Shown: piece by piece, positions 26,980 through 42,111 of the stretch
How the letters are laid out: each line of letters opens with the position of its first letter
How positions within the stretch are numbered: position 1 is the stretch's first letter
Assembly (NCBI GenBank): GCA_964016885.1
Contig: OZ024748.1
Coordinates: forward strand, 22,320,001 to 22,384,000
Source: Eledone cirrhosa
Lineage: Eukaryota
Direction: 5' to 3'
Length of the DNA: 64,000 nt
Notes under the pieces: generated by a model
What the model saw: only the letters and a program-made list of their open reading frames with translations
Database searches by the model: none
What the model was told of the DNA's origin: nothing
Program-made: the position numbers and the translations under genes

Positions 26980-28549
26980 TGAGAATGAGCTCACATGCAT
27001 ACATTTACTAAACATGTATTTAACAGACCCCAACTCAATGCCAATATCCAGTCGAAACATAAAAATCTTTTCAGATGCGACCCGCAGTTTGGTCTCTGGA
27101 GTTAACCCATAACGCTTGTTTATCAAACCTACTGTCAACTTATTCTCAATTCATCTTCATTCACTCTTTATTTATTTATATATCAATACCCACGCACAAT
27201 TGTATATGTGTGAAAGTTTGTTACAACAAACAAAAGGAAAAAGAAAAGCGCGAAATGTAGATATCTGTAGACTTTGACAGCATAGAGTTCTATAATAAAT
27301 GCCGAAAAAACACACAAAAAAAAACAAAAAAAAAACAAAGGAACGAAAACAATTTACTCCGTAATTGGAAAGATTCAGTAATTTTCATCCTTGAATTGTG
27401 GGGTAGATATTTTAGGATATTCCGAAATACGACAAATGGTAATGATTTTGTTTAGGGCTAATGTCTACCACAGTAATTTTGGACAATCCTTTACTGACCG
27501 ATATTTAATGTCACAGATCGTAGCTAGAATGAAAAGGTCAGCTGCGCAGGGAAATAGATATACAAAAGATGGATAGAGTTTGGGTTGTCTCTATTTATAA
27601 CCTCCTCATGAGAATTAGATCTGACGTTTTATGAATTACACAGACAGCTATCATTATTGTGTCGCTAACTTCAAATTATGATGTTTGTTTTTCAAATAAA
27701 TGGACTTGATCTCTCCTTAACATTTCAAATCGGTGGAACTCCCATTAACGAGCTATTTCTGTTGCTTTTACTTGGCTAACGTTGTGTCTCCTCCTGGCTC
27801 ATATCTGTTGCATGTAATAATGTTTTCCATTCCAAAAAGCAAACTTAATATTGGTTAACATTGGTATTTCTTCCAACGTAGTTGGCGCTAGATATTAGAA
27901 AGATGGAATCTATTGAAGTTTGTATCAGGCGATACGCAAAGTTAGTATCCTTTGTTGATAACAATGTCTATAAAAATACGGATTTTTTTAAAGCAAAATA
28001 TCCACATGGTTGTTAGTAGTAGCAGCTGGTAACACTACAACTAGTACTCTCATTGAAAAAGCCACTACAATATTTCCTTCTTTTACTTCCAACTCCATTC
28101 TACACACACCTAATAAAATTCTTTTTGCTCCATCCCCAAGAAAGGCAACCTTTTTAACTCTATCAACTACCCAAATATTGTCTTGAATTCAGCTTCTCAA
28201 AAATACATTAAAACTGTAGTAAAAACCATCTCCCTCAGTAAACTCCAATAGTTCCCAAATATAATTTAAATAAATGATTGCGCGAAATAAAATTTGTTTT
28301 CGAGAGAGAATTTATTACAAAAACCAAAAAAAAATTCAATAAAATTTATTAAACGAAAGCTTATCTCTTTGAACGATAAATATTTTTCTTGGAAGTCGGG
28401 AGTTGAGTGGAACCTACTTTAGAAAATATTGGTCTACAGTAATGTCTACTAGAGCCTAACTCTAATGTGTCATTGTGTTACATGCCATAAGTTTTAGGGC
28501 TCAGTCTTTGATGATCTCTCGGGGATACCCCAGAGACATAACACAGCCA

Positions 28550-28905
28550 TAACAGCATCTCACATACTAGCCTTCCTCTTCTGGAATAGTGGAGTTGCTA
28601 TATACAAATATATTCTAGACGGCATCTAGGTCATAAATGATCACGGGTTTTCTTCTAGAAAGTTCCTCTCCAAAGTATAAACCTGGACAAGGTGTTTTGG
28701 GGAAGATCCTCAGTCGTCCATACATACCAATTTCCCTCCGCAAAGGAAAGACAAAGTACGACACAGCTTGGCACCAGCGAAGTTGTAAGTCACCCCCCCC
28801 CCCCGCCAGTTGAGTGACGTTAAATAAAGTGTCTTACTCAAGAACACAACACACCATCCGGTCTGGGAACTGAATTCACAATTTCACGATTGTGAGCTAT
28901 ACAGC
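28550..28905 (-). mobile_element. Degenerate CORE/MIR-like SINE. Related copy ~49100-49220
   Basis: AAAGTGTCTTRCTCAAG motif followed by a reverse box B (GGAATCGAACTC at ~49163). Confidence 0.5.
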
Positions 28906-29014
28906 TGATTTAAAAGACTACCTACTACCACTGCATCATATACACGCATTAACTTATGCTTATAGATGTCCAAACTCATTCCTCGAAAACTGTACAGTTT
29001 AATGAAGAAAATGC

Positions 29015-29045
<31 letters not shown>

Positions 29046-29050
<5 letters not shown>

Positions 29051-29204
29051 AAATGTGTGTAATCCTTGGTACAGTTAGGTATATTAAGACAGGGGGGAAG
29101 AAAAAAATAGCTTCACTTGTGCTTTCAACAAATTTATTTTCTTCAGTGAAGAAAATAAATTTGTTGAAAGCACAAGTGAAGCCATTTTTTTCTTCCCCCC
29201 TGTC

Positions 29205-29212
<8 letters not shown>
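29046..29212 (-). mobile_element. Fold-back centred on an HHR core. Related copy 29270-29411
   Basis: Palindrome 29080-29212, centre CTTCAGTGAAG. Minus strand reads CTGAAGA-n13-GAAAGC-n9-GCTA. Confidence 0.65.
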
Positions 29213-29273
<61 letters not shown>

Positions 29274-29703
29274 AAAGGAAACTAAGTACTTCACTTGTAG
29301 TAAAATTATAATATAAAATTAAATCAAATTGTTTAGAACTACAGGTGAAGTCATTCTTTTCCTTTTTTCAAATATACCTAACTGTACCAACGATTTCACA
29401 CATTTTCCAATATATATATATATATAGTATAAAATAACGAAGATTTCCTTTAAAATTTGTTATGGCCTAACGAAGTTTACATATGTTTCCTAGCTCGAAG
29501 TCTTTATCAACGTCGTTGACCTGACTACAGTATCGACATGCTCATCAGGTGTGTAGACTCAAATACCCACATGAATGCCGACAAATACACAAATATATAT
29601 GATATGAATTCATATATATATATACATATATATGTAAACATTACACACACACACATACATACACACATACATACATACACATATATATATGTGTGTGTAT
29701 ATA

Positions 29704-29741
<38 letters not shown>

Positions 29742-30015
29742 CAATGAGTTATTTAATTTGTTGGTTATTCAACAAATTTAGTTTATGACAGATTAGAAGC
29801 ACTCTACAGTTTTCTTCTGGAGTATAATATCAATAATATTAATAAATGGAAACTATTTTTTTTTTATTATAACCATACTTATTTTATAAACCATATTTAT
29901 TTTATTATATTATATTTTATTAAACTAGAACTTAGCGTTTTGAGTTCTTTTCAAACAGAACTCAAAATGCTAAGTTCTAGTTTTGAATATGTCACTATCT
30001 CTGAAACAACTTTTG

Positions 30016-30077
30016 TATTTTATCTGATGAGAGCGTACCAAAAATGTTGGTACCCTTGAAATATATATAATAAAATA
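30016..30077 (+). ncRNA. Minimal type I HHR, family G-related (element 29739-30113)
   Basis: TATTTTAT-CTGATGA-GAGCGTACCAA AAATG TTGGTACCCTT-GAAATATATATA-ATAAAATA. Confidence 0.8.
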
Positions 30078-30883
30078 TATATGGTTTTATAAAGATAGTT
30101 TCCATTTATTAATATATATATATATAATGTCTGTACGTGTTTTTGAGCGTTTGTGTATTAGCCTAGTTTTGTAAGATAAAAAAAAAACATACATACATAC
30201 CTACGTATATACATACATACATACATACATACATACATACATACATACATACATACATACATACATGCACACGTATGTGTTTATATAGATATATAAGTGC
30301 GTACAGTTACATGTAGACACGCACGCAGAAATATATGTATAACGGAAAGAGCTTAAGTATGTATATGGATGTATGTAAAAATATGAGCAAATACACTGAA
30401 GGTTGCGTATTTTCAACTCATATAAAGGAGCGAATTAATTAATTCTCAAGCAAATTGTCCAATAATGTGCAAGAAACGCTGTAGTCTGAAGGTTTTTACT
30501 GAATATTTCCATTTGAAATGAGGGATCTGAAGAAGCCCTAGGAATAATCTGCATAATTAGTCTAGCATGAAAATGTCATTTGAGGGAATTGACGAGGTCA
30601 GTCCGATTGAACTATCATAACCCCATGTTGAAATTTGTGTCACTTCCGGACATGTCAAGTCCAATGTTCGGTCCTATTGGCAATAAGGCAAATCTAAAAG
30701 AGCATATGTAAATCAACTGTTTTTTTATCACCGGATCTAAATAAACTGCGGATAGATTAATGAAATTCTTTGTAGATGAGTGTTTGTGTTTGTGTTTCTG
30801 TTTGTGTGTGTTTGTGTATGTGCGTGTGTGTGCGCGTGCGTGTGTGTGTGCGTGTGCGTGTGTGTGTGTGTGCGTGTGTGTGT

Positions 30884-30956
<73 letters not shown>

Positions 30957-31114
30957 CGTGTGTGTGTGTGTGTGTGTGTGTGTGAGATTGCGGAGGAGCG
31001 GAAGTATCAAGATAGAGATAAAGGGTGGAAAATATAGATAAGTGAAAAAAGAAAGAAGGGGCTACTGAGACGAAAAGTGTACATATATATATATATATAT
31101 ATAAATATATATAC

Positions 31115-31215
<101 letters not shown>

Positions 31216-31710
31216 TGTGTATTATGTATGTATGTGTATATATATATAGATATGTATCTATATATATATATATATATATATGTATATGCATATATATATG
31301 TGCATATGTATCTACATATAGATATACATACACATACACACACACGCATATGTATATATATGTGTGTGTGTGTGTGCGTTCCAGATAGAAATATATATTC
31401 CTCTATACATATACATATATGTATTATCACGTAATCAAACGGTAACGAACTTATATTGCAAGTGATTCTAGAAAAAGATTCCATCAAGCCCGTACTACCG
31501 TATTATGTGGAAACACGCATATTTAGAAATGTATTATTTGCAAAATCTATACAAGCCTTTAGTTTAATTCACCTCACTCGTACTGAATGAGTAAATGTCA
31601 TCGCTGAAGATGGTTAAAATCCTGAAACACAAATGTTTGGAGTTCTCTCACAACACTGAGTTAGTTGTTATATAATCCCAGCTTAAAATACTCTTAGCGA
31701 GACTTATATA

Positions 31711-32254
31711 CTTGGTGTGGTAATAAAATCTTTAGAATAGTAAGCTATGAGCCATATATAGCAGTAAATGTAGTTAATATTAGTTGGAATTTGAACTTTG
31801 TTGTACGCATGTGATATTCTGTATGAATGCTGTATTTCGTCACATGCCTATGCATAATTATTTTGCTGTCATTCTTGTGAGTTTATGATACACGCATTGA
31901 ACTGCTCAATCCGCAAAAGATTTTTTCCAGAGGAGAAGAGTGGCAATGATCAAACAATCACGCTGTAGTCCCGACTTAAATTTGTGCAATCGTTGGGTGT
32001 TCAAGTTATTAAAGCAACATCTTTAAAAATTTGTTTTCGCTTCATTAGAAGTGGTGGTAGATGAATCGTTGAGCTGGTTCTGACAATTGCCGAAGGAACG
32101 GTTCCAGAAAGAGCTAAATGCTTTGCATAAGCACTGTAAAGATGCTGTTGCATTCAATGGAGATTATATTTTACAGAATAAATATATTTTAGTTTCAATA
32201 TGTTATGCATTTTCATCTAAAGGGTTATTCTAAAGACTTTATTGCCAAACCAAG
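31711..32254 (+). mobile_element. Internally deleted mariner DNA transposon with transposase C-terminal pseudogene (~31880-32180)
   Basis: ~29-bp TIRs (CTTGGTGTGGTAATAAAATCTTTAGAATA / TATTCTAAAGACTTTATTGCCAAACCAAG) with TA flanks. Translation ...SRCSPDLNLCNRWVFKLLKQHL*...WF*QLPKERF...NGDYI matches the mariner YSPDL...GDY C-terminus. Confidence 0.85.
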
Positions 32255-32673
32255 TATATTTATTATACATAGAAAGTATTGTATAAGTTTTCATATTATG
32301 AAATAAGAGTATATAACTATTTCTCAATCACAGAAAATGGTGTGATTTGCTATCTAGTAAGGGTAGTATGTAATGTACATAAGGAACATTCCAAGATCCA
32401 GAAATTCTAATATCTACACAACCAACACACACACACACACATGATAATGCGCGCACACAAACACATATGTTCATGCACACACACACATACAGTCATACAC
32501 ACAGGCACATACGCGTTTGTGTGTTTTCAGCTTTGAATAATTATGTAGATATATCTATGCTTGTATATACGTGAGTGTGTTTACATATGCGTATGAGTGT
32601 TTAGATGTATGTGCGTGTGTGTTTATATATATATATATGTATGTGTGCGTGTTTATATACACGTGTGTGCGTT

Positions 32674-32706
<33 letters not shown>

Positions 32707-32839
32707 TTATATAAATGTGTCATTATATATATATATGTGTGTGTTTATATACACGTGTGCGTATATATATGTGTGTGTGGTGTGTGTGTGTTTATATAAA
32801 TGTGTCTTTATATATATATATGTGTGTGTTTATATATAC

Positions 32840-32887
<48 letters not shown>

Positions 32888-32940
32888 TTATATAAATGTG
32901 TCTTTATATATATATGTGTGTGTGTTTATATATACGTGTG

Positions 32941-32996
<56 letters not shown>

Positions 32997-33196
32997 TGTC
33001 TGTGTGTGTGTGTGTGTGAGTGTGTGTGTGTGTGTGTGAGAGTGCGCGCGCGTGTGTGTGTGTGTGTGTATCTCTTACTGTATATATAACACACGCTGAA
33101 CCTTCCGATTCCAAAATGTAAGCAGAAACGTCATAGTCTTTCAGGAATTCTTACAACAATATTCTTACAACAAGACAAATAGCAGCAGCGACAACT

Positions 33197-33252
33197 AAAC
33201 GATGACGATGATGAGGATGCTGATGACGATGATGATGATGATGATGATGATG

Positions 33253-33312
<60 letters not shown>

Positions 33313-33364
33313 TTTATAATAATAATAATAATTCTTTCATTTTATTTGCCACTAGGTTATTTAT

Positions 33365-33438
<74 letters not shown>

Positions 33439-33446
33439 AAATGATG

Positions 33447-33498
<52 letters not shown>

Positions 33499-33620
33499 TG
33501 AAAATAGTAGTAATATAGTAATAATAATCATAATAACCAACAGCAACAACAACAACGACGACAACAACAAAGGCAGCAGCAATAACAGCAGCAATAACAA
33601 CAACAACAACAACAATAAAA
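33197..33620. repeat. (GAT)/(AAT)/(CAA)n arrays
   Basis: Direct inspection. Confidence 0.95.
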
Positions 33621-33905
33621 ACATTGGAGACGTTTCATTTATAGGGATAAAGAATGTTGTTATCTGGAAGTTAGTCGACCCCAATTCTGGTCGGGATGAA
33701 ATGAGTACAATTAGAGCTCCGATTACTGGCGAGTCAAATATCTAAAACAGGCATTATTTTTACAAAAACCCCTCGCCCGCTATTAACAACACAGAATGTA
33801 TGTGCTGACTACGTCTGGTTAGCAAGAGAACTCACATCGAAGGCAACGCATGAATGCGCGGTAACATGACGAGAGTTGGATGTTATCAAGGAACGTCTCT
33901 ATCGG

Positions 33906-33942
<37 letters not shown>

Positions 33943-34320
33943 TACAGTTGGGTAAACATGTAGTAAGTAGTTCACCTCGTCTTTCCAGTTCTTTTCATCC
34001 CACCAAAATATCCGGCATCACGCTGCAGATCCTCTATAGTTCAGAAGTACTAGAAATAGACAGAGTAAACCCCGTTCGGTTATGGGCTTGTACCTGAGGG
34101 ATTCCTTTCCAAGGTGCAAGCCTGGATAAGATACCTTTTTTTACATATTTTTGGGAGGACTAACAGTCGCCCAGCGCCCCAGCTCTACTCCAGCGATGTT
34201 CTCCAAGAGAAAAGAAACAAAAGCCGATGCACTAGATATTCAATATCCACAGCAATTGTAGATAAGTTAACTCTTTACAGAAGAACTCCAATCCTATCAG
34301 GAGTTACGGCCCTTCCCTTT

Positions 34321-34509
34321 CCTTTCATTTCCTTAGTCAATCATATCGACCACCTTTCATTTCCTTAGTCAATCATATCGACCACCTTTCATTTCCTTAG
34401 TCAATCATATCGACCACCTTTCATTTCCTTAGTCAATCATATCGACCACCTTTCATTTCCTTAGTCAATCATATCGACCACCTTTCATTTCCTTAGTCAA
34501 TCATATCGA
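34321..34509. repeat. 32-bp minisatellite, ~6 copies
   Basis: Unit CCTTTCATTTCCTTAGTCAATCATATCGACCA. Confidence 0.95.
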
Positions 34510-34591
34510 TCACACAGCTTATTGCAGGTTGGGTCATATTTTATCGGTATTGACCGTAAGGTGAAAGTTGATATAAACAGCCATGAAGTCA

Positions 34592-35228
34592 TAGTGACGG
34601 TGATGGTGCTGGTGATGATGATGATGATGATGATGATGATAGTTATGATGATGGTGATGGTGATGGTGATGGTGGTGGTGATGGTGATGATGATGATGAT
34701 AGTTATGATGATGGTGATGGTGCTGGTGATGATAATGATGATAGTTATGATGATGGTGATGGTGATGATGGAGGGTGATGGTAATGATGATGAAAGTTAT
34801 GATGGTGATGATGTTGATGTTGATGGTGATGGTGATGATGCTGATGTTGATGGTGATGGTGATGATGTTGATGTTGATGGTGATGGTGATGACGTTGATG
34901 TTGATGGTGATGGTAGTGGTGATGGTAATGGTGACGATGGTGGTCATGGTGATGGTTTTGATGACGGTGATGATGGTGATGATGATAGTTATGCTGGTGA
35001 TGGTGATGGTGATGATGATAATGATAGTGATAATGGTGATGGTGATGATGGTGATGGTGGTGATGGTGATAGTGATGACGGTGATGGTGATGGTGATGGT
35101 GATAACGATAGTTCTGATGGTGATGGCGGTGTTGATTATGATGAGAGTGATGATGATGATAATAATGATGATAACGATTGTGATAATGATAGTGATGATG
35201 GTGATGATGATGATGATGATGGTGATGG

Positions 35229-35284
<56 letters not shown>

Positions 35285-35348
35285 GTGATGATGGTGATGA
35301 TGATGGTGATGATGATGGTGATGATGGTGATGATGATGGTGGTGGTGG

Positions 35349-35387
<39 letters not shown>

Positions 35388-35395
35388 CGATGATG

Positions 35396-35450
<55 letters not shown>

Positions 35451-35504
35451 CGATGATGATGATGATGATGGTGGTGGTGATGATGATGATGATGGTGATG
35501 ATGG

Positions 35505-35553
<49 letters not shown>

Positions 35554-35676
35554 GATGATGGTGATGATGGTGATGATGATGGTGATGATGATGATGATGA
35601 TGGTGATGATGATGGTGATGATGATGATGATGATGGTGATGATGGTGATGATGATGGTGATGATGATGATGATGAT
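34592..35676. repeat. (GAT/GGT)n array
   Basis: Direct inspection. Confidence 0.95.
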
Positions 35677-36024
35677 AACAACATATGTGATGAAGTAATT
35701 GATTTCTGCTATATGGGGACGTTTTTCGAAATCCCTAGATGTGGATATGAAAGTTGACTCGGGGGGGGGGGGACGGGGCGCAGGTGTAGTGGACGGTCAT
35801 CATCCTGATTTTGTAGGGGGCCTAAAGTTGGTGTGGAGGTGTGGCGGTGTGGGTGGGGTGTTGATGTGAGGGGGTGTTGAGGTGTTGGGGGTGTGAAGGT
35901 GTGCGGGTGTGAAGGTGTGGACTGTGGACTGTGGACTGAACAGCGATTAGAAAACACCCTAAAATATGAAAGGAATGCAACAGAGAGATAGTTAGGTAAT
36001 TATGTATATATATATATATATATG

Positions 36025-36133
<109 letters not shown>

Positions 36134-36140
36134 GTATATG

Positions 36141-36313
<173 letters not shown>

Positions 36314-36350
36314 AGAGAGAGAGAGAGAGAGAGAGGTAGATAGATAAATG

Positions 36351-36427
<77 letters not shown>

Positions 36428-36674
36428 GGAGGGAGGAGGGAATGGGTAGAGGAGTTTAGAGAGAGACATTGTAAGACGTCTGGGATATTTCGGTGATAAA
36501 GTTTCCCACTAGACGGCAGCACAGTCTAATCCATGCAGTGCAGAAAGGTGGGGCTAGGAGGAGAGAGAAGGTGGGGCTGGGGGTGTGTTGTCGGGAGATG
36601 TGAGGGGATGTGGAAGTGGAAGTGTTGTGTTGAGATAAACTCAACGACAGCAATTGGTGCGGAATTATTTCTGA

Positions 36675-38740
36675 GGTGGTGGTGGTGGTGGTGGTGGTAG
36701 TAGTGATGATGGTGGTGGTGGTGGTGGTGGTGGTGGTGTTGGTAGTAGTAGTGATGATGGTGGTGGTGGTGGTGGTGGTGGTGGTGGTGTTGGTAGTAGT
36801 AGTGATGATGGTGGTGGTGGTGGTGGTGGTGGTGGTGGTGGTGGTGGTAGTAGTAGTGATGATGGTGGTGGTGGTGGTGGTGGTGGTGGTGGTGTTGGTA
36901 GTAGTAGTGATGATGATGGTGGTGGTGGTGGTGGTGGTGGTGGTGTTGGTAGTAGTAGTGATGATGGTGGTGGTGGTGGTGGTGATGATGGTGGTGGTGG
37001 TGTTGGTAGTAGTAGTCATGATGGTGGTGGTGGTGGTGGTGGTGTTGGTAGTAGTAGTGATGATGATGGTGGTGGTGGTGGTGGTGGTGGTGGTGTTGGT
37101 AGTAGTAGTGATGATGGTGGTGGTGGTGGTGGTGGTGGTGGTAGTAGTAGTGATGATGGTGGTGGTGGTGGTGGTGGTGGTGGTGGTGGTGTTGGTAGTA
37201 GTAGTGATGATGGTGGTGGTGGTGGTGGTGGTGGTGTTGGTAGTAGTAGTGATGATGGTGGTGGTGGTGGTGGTGGTGGTGGTGGTGGTGGTAGTAGTAG
37301 TGATGATGGTGGTGGTGGTGGTGGTGGTGGTGGTGGTGTTGGTAGTAGTAGTGATGATGATGGTGGTGGTGGTGGTGGTGGTGGTGGTGTTGGTAGTAGT
37401 AGTGATGATGGTGGTGGTGGTGGTGGTGATGATGGTGGTGGTGGTGTTGGTAGTAGTAGTCATGATGGTGGTGGTGGTGGTGGTGGTGTTGGTAGTAGTA
37501 GTGATGATGATGGTGGTGGTGGTGGTGGTGGTGGTGGTGGTGTTGGTAGTAGTAGTGATGATGGTGGTGGTGGTGGTGGTGATGATGGTGGTGGTGGTGT
37601 TGGTAGTAGTAGTCATGATGGTGGTGGTGGTGGTGGTGGTGTTGGTAGTAGTAGTGATGATGATGGTGGTGGTGGTGGTGGTGATGATGGTGGTGGTGGT
37701 GTTGGTAGTAGTAGTCATGATGGTGGTGGTGGTGGTGGTGGTGGTGTTGGTAGTAGTAGTGATGATGATGGTGGTGGTGGTGGTGGTGATGATGGTGGTG
37801 GTGGTGTTGGTAGTAGTAGTCATGATGGTGGTGGTGGTGGTGGTGGTGTTGGTAGTAGTAGTGATGATGATGGTGGTGGTGGTGGTGGTGATGATGGTGG
37901 TGGTGGTGTTGGTAGTAGTAGTCATGATGGTGGTGGTGGTGGTGGTGGTGGTGTTGGTAGTAGTAGTGATGATGGTGGTGGTGGTGGTGGTGATGGTGGT
38001 GGTGGTTGTGGTGTTGGTAGTAGTAGTGATGATGGTGGTGGTGGTGGTGGTGGTGTTGGTGGTGGTGGTGGTGGTGGTGGTGTTGGTAGTAGTAGTGATG
38101 ATGGTGGTGGTGGTGGTGGTGTTGGTAGTAGTAGTGATGATGGTGGTGGTGGTGATGGTGGTGGTGGTTGTGGTGTTGGTAGTAGTAGTGATGATGGTGG
38201 TGGTGGTGGTGGTGGTGTTGGTGGTGGTGGTGGTGGTGGTGGTGTTGGTAGTAGTAGTGATGATGATGGTGGTGGTGGTGGTGGTGGTGGTGGTGGTGAT
38301 GATGGTGGTGGTGGTGATGGTGGTGGTGGTGGTAGTAGTAGTAGTAGTAGTGATGATGGTGGTGGTGGTGGTGGTGGTGTTGGTGGTGGTTGTGGTGTTG
38401 GTAGTAGTAGTGATGATGATGATGGTGGTGGTGGTGGTGGTGGTGGTGGTAGTAGTAGTGATGATGGTGGTGGTGGTGGTGGTGGTGGTGGTGGTGGTGA
38501 TGATGGTGGTGGTGGTGATGGTGGTGGTGGTGGTGGTAGTAGTAGTAGTGATGATGGTGGTGGTGGTGGTGGTGATGGTGGTGGTGGTTGTGGTGTTGGT
38601 AGTAGTAGTAGTGATGATGGTGGTGGTGGTGGTGGTAGTGGTGGTGGTGGTGGTTGTGGTGGTGATGGTGTGGTGGTGGTGGTTATGGTGGTAGTGGTGG
38701 TGGTGGTGGTGGTGGTGGTGGTGGTGGTGGTGGTGGTGGG
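36675..38740. repeat. (GTG)n array with higher-order unit (GTG)n-TTG-GTA-GTA-GTA-GTG-ATG-ATG
   Basis: Direct inspection. Confidence 0.95.
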
Positions 38741-38997
38741 AGGAATATATATTAAATGTAATAGCACTATTACTACCACCACTACCAGCACCATGACAAC
38801 TACCTTCATTACACACACACACATAAACACACACACACACACTCACACACACACTCACACTCACACATACACATACAGCTACCACTGTCATCACAACTAC
38901 CTTCATCACAGAACACACACACACACTCACTCACACACATACACACACACACACACACTCACTCACACACAAACACACACACACTCACTCACACATA

Positions 38998-39030
<33 letters not shown>

Positions 39031-39729
39031 TCACTCACACACAAACACACACACACATGCACTCACACAAACACAGACACACTCACTCACACACATACAC
39101 ATTCACACACAAACACACACACACTCAATCACACACAAATACACACACACACTCACTTACGCACATACACACTCACTCACACAGAAACACTCACACACTC
39201 ACTCACACACTCACTCACACACATACACACTCACACACAAACACACACACACTAACTCACACACAAACACACACACACTCACTTACACACAAATACACAC
39301 ACACTCACACACATACACACTCACATACAAACACACACACTCACACACAAACACACACACACTCACTTACACACAAATACACACACACTCGCACACACTC
39401 ACACACAAACACACACACTAACTCACACACAAACACACACACTCACTTACACACAAATACACACACACTCATACACACTCACACACAAACACACACACTC
39501 ACACACAAACACACACACTCACACACAAACACACACACACTCACTCACACACAAACACACACACACTCACTCACACACAAACACACACACACTCACTCAC
39601 ACACAAACACACACACACACACTCACACACATACACACCGCCTCATACCACAAACCTCAACTGATGTTAAATTATTCATGTTTTAAAAAAGAAATACGAT
39701 CATATAATGACAACGGTGACGACATTACG

Positions 39730-40970
39730 ACGGTGGCGATGGTGATGATGGTGGTGGTGGTGATGGTGGTGGTGATGGTGGTGGTGGTGGTGGTAATGAT
39801 GGTGGTGATGGTGATGGTGGTGGTGATGATGGTGATGGTGGTGATGATGGTGGTAATGATGGTGGCGATGGTGATGATGGTAGTGGTGATGGTGGTGGTG
39901 GTGGTGGTGGTAATGATGGTGGTGATGGTGATGGTGGTGGTGATGATGGTGGCGATGGTGATGATGGTAGTGGTGATGGTGGTGGTGGTGGTGATGGTGA
40001 TGGTGATGGTGGTGGTAATGATGGTGGCGATGGTGGTGGTGATGGTGATGATGATGGTGGTGGTGATGGTGGTGGTGATGGTGGTGGTAGTAATGGTGAT
40101 GGTGTTGGTGATGGTGGTGGTGGTGGTGATGGTGATGATGATGGTGATGGTGATGGTGGTGGTGATGGTGGTGGTAGTAATGGTGATGGTGTTGGTGATG
40201 GTGGTGGTGATGGTGATGATGATGGTGGTGGTGATGGTGGTGGTGATGGTGGTGGTAGTAATGGTGATGGTGTTGGTGATGGTGGTGGTGGTGGTGATGG
40301 TGATGATGATGGTGATGGTGGTGGTGATGGTGGTGGTAGTAATGGTGATGGTGTTGGTGATGGTGGTGGTGATGGTGATGATGCTGGTGATGGTGGTGGT
40401 GATGGTGGTGGTAGTAATGGTGATGGTGTTGGTGATGGTGGTGGTGATGGTGATGATGATGGTGGTGGTGATGGTGGTGGTGATGGTGGTGGTAGTAATG
40501 GTGATGGTGTTGGTGGTGGTGGTGGTGGTGGTGGTGGTGATGATGATGGTGGTGGTGGTGGTGATAATGGTGGTGGTGGTGGTAGTGATGGTGATGGTGG
40601 TGGTGATGGTGGTGGTGGTGGTGGTGGTGATGGTGATGATGATGGTGATGGTGATGATGGTGGTGGTGATGATGATGGTGGTGGTGGTGATGGTGATGGT
40701 GGTGGTGATGGTAATGATGGTCGTGGTGATGGTGATGGTGGTGATGATGGTAGTGGTGATGATGGTGGTGGTGGTGGTGATGGTGGTGGTGATGGTGGTA
40801 GTGGTGATGATGGTAGTGGTGATGATGGTGATGATGATGGTGGTGGTGATGATGGTGGTGGTGATGATGGTGATGGTGATAGTGGTGGTGATGATGGTGG
40901 TGGTGATGGTGATGGTGGTGGTGATGATGTGGATGATGATGATGATAATAATAATAATAATAATAATAAT
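39730..40970. repeat. (GTG/ATG)n array grading into (ATA)n
   Basis: Direct inspection. Confidence 0.95.
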
Positions 40971-41160
40971 AATTGTTTCTACTTTTGGACAAGGCCAGCA
41001 ATTACCCAGTGTATCACTGGTACTTTATTTTATCGACCCCGTAAGGATGAAAGGCAAAGTTAACCTCGGCGGGATTTGAACTCAGACCATAAAGGGCCGT
41101 AACTCTATGTTGCAAAGCATGGCGTCCGCCCCTCTACCTATACTGCCAATCCACCGTCCT
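40971..41160 (-). mobile_element. Deu/Nin SINE in (AAT)n
   Basis: Full consensus, with AAT repeats on both sides. Confidence 0.85.
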
Positions 41161-41201
41161 TAATAATAATAATTATAATAATAATAATAATAATAATAAT
41201 A

Positions 41202-42065
41202 AGGAAATAACATCAAGGAGAAAGAGTAGCCTTCAGGAAAATCCCTTCATAGTACCTTCTTTGAGAAAACTGAATTTAGAGATCCACAGACATGGAACTG
41301 GTTGAAAAGAGGAGACCTTAAAAAGGCTACAGAAGGAATGTTAATGGCTGCGCAGGAGCAGGCCCTTAAAACGAAGTGGTTGAAACACCATATTTACAAG
41401 GAGGAGGCTAGCCCACTGTGCAGGATCTGTGGAGAGAGAGAGGAGACTGTGGCTCACATTGTATCCGAGTGTAAACACCTAGCCCAGACTCACTATAAGG
41501 GCTGGAGACATCATGTGATGGGCAGGGTGATCCACTGGCACCTATGCAAAGTAAACAATTTACCACATTCTGAGAAGTGGTATGAGCATAAGCCAGAGTC
41601 GGTGATGGAGAACGATCAGGTGAAGGTGCTGTGGGATTTTAGGATACAGACGGACAAGAAACTGGAACACAATAGACCTGACCTGGTGGTTTTGGACAAG
41701 GAAAAAAGATTGTGACTGATTGTGGATGTGGCCTGCCCATTCGACACAAGAGTGCAAGAGAAGGAGAGGGAGAAAATTAACCGATACCAGGACTTAAAGA
41801 GGGAGGTAAAAAGGATTTGGAACTGCCATGAAGTCAAAGTGATCCCGATTGTCATAGGCGCACTAGGGACTATCTCAAGGAGTTTCCAGGGATGGTTAAA
41901 GAAAATTGGCCCCTTCACGCTTTTTGGAACGCTTCAAAGGGCATGCTTGCTGGGAACAGCAAGAACCCTCCGATACGTCCTGAATATCTGAGGCTGCAGG
42001 TAGTGGCTTGATATTCATTTCAACAAACTTTCCAGTTAACTAACATCAATGACTGAGACTCAAGG
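41202..42065 (+). mobile_element. 5'-truncated non-LTR retrotransposon with REL endonuclease, R4/Dong-like
   Basis: Frame 41302-41991 with one in-frame stop at 41713. Motifs: TEGMLMAAQEQAL, CRIC..ETVAHIVSEC (CCHC finger), RH, NRPD..DVACP..K..RY (PD-D nuclease). Short 3' UTR. Flanked by (TAA/AAT)n, the known target type of Dong elements. Confidence 0.9.
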
Positions 42066-42074
42066 AATAACAAC

Positions 42075-42111
<37 letters not shown>

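Noticed and set aside
34321-34509. 32-bp repeats as a CRISPR array
   Set aside because: Head-to-tail with no spacers, in a eukaryotic context.
36456-38930. 824-aa and 672-aa ORFs, and all other poly-V/T/H/D/IY/CV ORFs
   Set aside because: Stop-free translations of microsatellites, often open on both strands, with no domain content.
41990-42070. Dong-like LINE as the partner of the Deu/Nin SINE
   Set aside because: No shared 3' sequence, and the tails have opposite sense, (AAT)n versus (ATT)n.
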